Source: Mustelus asterias
Taxonomy: Eukaryota
DNA: 64,000 nucleotides
Direction of reading: 5' to 3'
Assembly (NCBI RefSeq): GCF_964213995.1
Contig: NW_027590164.1
Coordinates: forward strand, 248,001-312,000
Positions 61,183-64,000 of this stretch are shown one piece after another. The position numbers and the translations under genes are program-made. The notes below the pieces were generated by a model, which had not been told where the DNA came from, searched no databases, and saw only the letters and a program-made list of their open reading frames with translations. Position 1 is the first letter of the stretch, and each line of letters opens with the position of its first letter.

Positions 61183-62018
61183 ATGTCAATTTGAAAAATA
61201 GTTTGTGAACTCCTTTTGACCTAAAAGAGGCCAACATCTGTGAATAAAACACTTGCTTTGTTCCCCTTTTGCGTTTCTTTTGCATTCTGGGGGAAATTGG
61301 GGACTTGTTGAATTTTTAACTTCCAGGTCACCACTCGCTGCCTAAATAAAAATCCTCCTCACATTCTTCATGTATCTGTAACCAGGTAATACAGTGCATT
61401 ACACACATCATCAGTCTGCTCATTTATGGCCAAATGTAAAACTTTAACGTGGCTGTCAGCTTGAAGATTAATCATGGATCATTTGCACTTCCACAACCCT
61501 CTGAGGCAGCGGGTTCCAGGTAATGACCTTTCTGCACCAAAATAAAATTCTTCCCCACATCCTTCCCTTTCTCCCAATCCAGTTATCCGGTCCCACATAT
61601 GGCACAGATTTTAATTTCTAGTGTGTAGGCCGGTCGTTACACATAGATTTTCAGATCTCTGTGTCCAATATAGAAAGTGGTCAGCATGGATCCATTAATC
61701 AGCCTGAATCAGCACCTTCAATAGACTTGGGAGGTTGTATACTCAGGAGAGCGCAGTGAGAATTGAGGGAGAGTGTGTGGGATGGAGATTGACAGATTTT
61801 GGAGAATGAGAGAGGAAAGAATGTTCCATAGAAACTAGAATTGTCTGTTCTGAATTTCTATCCTGTACTGACAATGATGTCTATTGTAAATTCCTTTCAT
61901 AGATATCAGGAGGTGAGGATTTATAGACAGAAATTTCAAACTAAACATCACATCAAGATTTGACAGTCATTCGATTTATTGGGACCTGAATATCATCGAC
62001 CTTTGAATCTAGAAAAGC

Positions 62019-62560
62019 AATGTTGGAGTACTGTGTGCAGTTCTGGTCCCCACATTACAGGAAGGATGTGGAGGCTTTGGAGAGGGTGCAGAGGAGGTTT
62101 ACCAGGATGTTGCCTGGTATGGAGGGGAGATCCTATGAGGAGAGGCTGAGGGATTTGGGATTGTTTTCGCTGGAAAGGCGGCGGCTAAGAGGGGATCTTA
62201 TTGAAACATATAAGATGATTAGAGGTTTAGATAGGGTGGATAGTGATAGCCTTTTTCCTCTGATGGAGAAATCCAGCACGAGGGGGCATGGCTTTAAATT
62301 GAGGGGGGGTAGTTATAGAACCGATGTCAGGGGTAGGTTCTTTACCCAGAGGGTGGTGAGGGATTGGAATGCCCTGCCAGCATCAGTAGTAAATGCGCCT
62401 AGTTTGGGGGCGTTTAAGAGATCCGTAGATAGGTTCATGGACGAAAAGAAATTGGTTTAGGTTGGAGGGTCACAGTTTTTTTTTTTTTTAACTGGTCGGT
62501 GCAACATCGTGGGCCGAAGGGCCTGTTCTGCGCTGTAATGTTCTATGTTCTATGTTCTAT
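62019..62560 (+). mobile_element. Young CR1 3' fragment inside the 5' part of the ZNF7 main exon
   Basis: Uninterrupted 146-aa ORF2 C-terminus and (ttctatg)n tail; absent from the paralogous exon at about 50370. Confidence 0.92.
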
Positions 62561-62784
62561 GTTTGTCTGATCTGTTTGCTTCAGGAGATTTTAAACATCA
62601 GTGTGACTGGAACACACCCGAGTGAGAGTGTTCCAGTCCACTGATAGTGGAAAGAGCTTTAACCAGTTACACAGGCTGAAACAACATTGCACCGTTTACA
62701 GTGAAGAGAGACCGTACACGTGTTCTGTGTGGACAAGGATTCAACTGATCATCAAACCTGGAGAGTCACAAGGACACCCGCATC

Positions 62785-64000
62785 ATGGAGAAACTGTGGA
62801 AGTGTGACGATTGTGGACAAGGATTCATGTTGCCCTGTGATTTGGAAATTCATCAACGCAGTCACACTCGGGAGAGACCCTTCACTTGCTCAGTGTGTGG
62901 GAAGGGATACATTAAGTTCTCCCACCTGCTGAGTCACAATCTCACTCACACCAATGAGAGACCTTTTAAATGCTCTGACTGTGGGAGCGGATTCAAAAGC
63001 TCTGGAGAACTGGTGTCCCACCAGCGCATTCACAGTGAGGAGAGACCATTCAGCTGCTCTCACTGCACAATGAAATTTAAATGGTCATCCACACTGCGGA
63101 GACATCAGCGAGTTCACACTGGGGAGAGACCGTTCAGCTGCTCCATGTGTGGGAAGGGATTCTCTCGGTCCTCCGAACTGCGGGCACACCAACGAATTCA
63201 CACTGGGGAGAGACCGTTCACCTGCAATGTGTGTGGGAAGGGATTCTTTCGGTCATCCGCCCTGCTGACGCACAAAGTCACTCACACCAATGAGAGACCC
63301 TTTAAATGCTCTGACTGTGAGAGTTGCTTCAAAAGTTCTCGGGATCTGATGTCCCACCAGCGCATTCACACTGAGGACAGACCTTTCAGCTGCTCTCTCT
63401 GCACAATGAGATTTAGATCATCATCAAACCTGCGGAACCACCAGCGAGTTCACTCCGGGGAGAGACCATTCACTTGCTCTGACTGTGGGAAGGGATTCAC
63501 GCAGTTATCCACCCTGCTGACACACCAGCGACTTCACACCGGAGAGAGGCCATTCACCTGCTCTGTGTGTGGGAAGGGATTCACTAATTTACCCAACCTG
63601 CTGAGTCATAAAGTCACTCACACCAGTGAGAGGCCCTTTAAATGCTCGGACTGTGGGAGTGAATTCAAAATTTCTGGGGAACTGGTGTCCCACCAGCGCA
63701 TTCACACTGAGGAGAGACCGTTCAGCTGCTCTCTCTGCACAAAGAGGTTTAAGAGGTCATCCACACTGCAGAGACACCAGCGAGTTCACACCGGGGAGAG
63801 ACCGTTCATCTGCTCTGTGTGTGGGAAGGGATTCAGTCAGTCATTCACCCTGCTGACACACCAGCGTCTTCACACCGAGGAGAGACCATTTACCTGCACC
63901 GAGTGTGGGAAGGGATTCACTCAGTCATCCACCCTGCTGACTCACCAGCAAGTTCACAGCGGGGAGAGACCGTTCACCTGCTCCGAGTGTGGGAACAGAT
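62785..64000 (+). CDS. C2H2 ZNF gene 7, at least 14 fingers, runs off the window
   Basis: ATG 62785 (MEKLWKC), open frame to the window end (missing from the ORF track because no stop is reached); acceptor at 61902. Confidence 0.88.
   Translation, partial: MEKLWKCDDCGQGFMLPCDLEIHQRSHTRERPFTCSVCGKGYIKFSHLLSHNLTHTNERPFKCSDCGSGFKSSGELVSHQRIHSEERPFSCSHCTMKFKWSSTLRRHQRVHTGERPFSCSMCGKGFSRSSELRAHQRIHTGERPFTCNVCGKGFFRSSALLTHKVTHTNERPFKCSDCESCFKSSRDLMSHQRIHTEDRPFSCSLCTMRFRSSSNLRNHQRVHSGERPFTCSDCGKGFTQLSTLLTHQRLHTGERPFTCSVCGKGFTNLPNLLSHKVTHTSERPFKCSDCGSEFKISGELVSHQRIHTEERPFSCSLCTKRFKRSSTLQRHQRVHTGERPFICSVCGKGFSQSFTLLTHQRLHTEERPFTCTECGKGFTQSSTLLTHQQVHSGERPFTCSECGNR

Overview
Eukaryotic, repeat-rich DNA from a cartilaginous fish, most likely a shark, judged from HE1/V-SINEs, HER1-type CR1 LINEs and shark-type TCR V segments. 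The left end carries two minus-strand TCR alpha/delta-type V segments, both apparently pseudogenes, which mark a V-distal locus edge or an orphon. Next come a tRNA-Val tandem duplication and a 3-exon EMC4 fragment. The rest is a cluster of seven KRAB-less C2H2 zinc-finger genes and pseudogenes, four of them in head-to-head pairs on a shared palindromic promoter. The cluster is embedded in CR1, Rex/Babar, Tx1, Penelope (one with a hammerhead ribozyme), Gypsy and SINE debris. Best lead: the 15-bp exon-1 splice-donor motif of these ZNF genes (CCAACATCTGTGAGT) looks like the target of a sequence-specific Tx1-clade retrotransposon. Three of the four copies that retain the downstream intron are occupied, one by Tx1 itself and two by tRNA-containing inserts ending in the same Tx1-like tail, with target-site duplications that include the splice donor. 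Repeat boundaries were read by eye and are approximate; no database searches were run.
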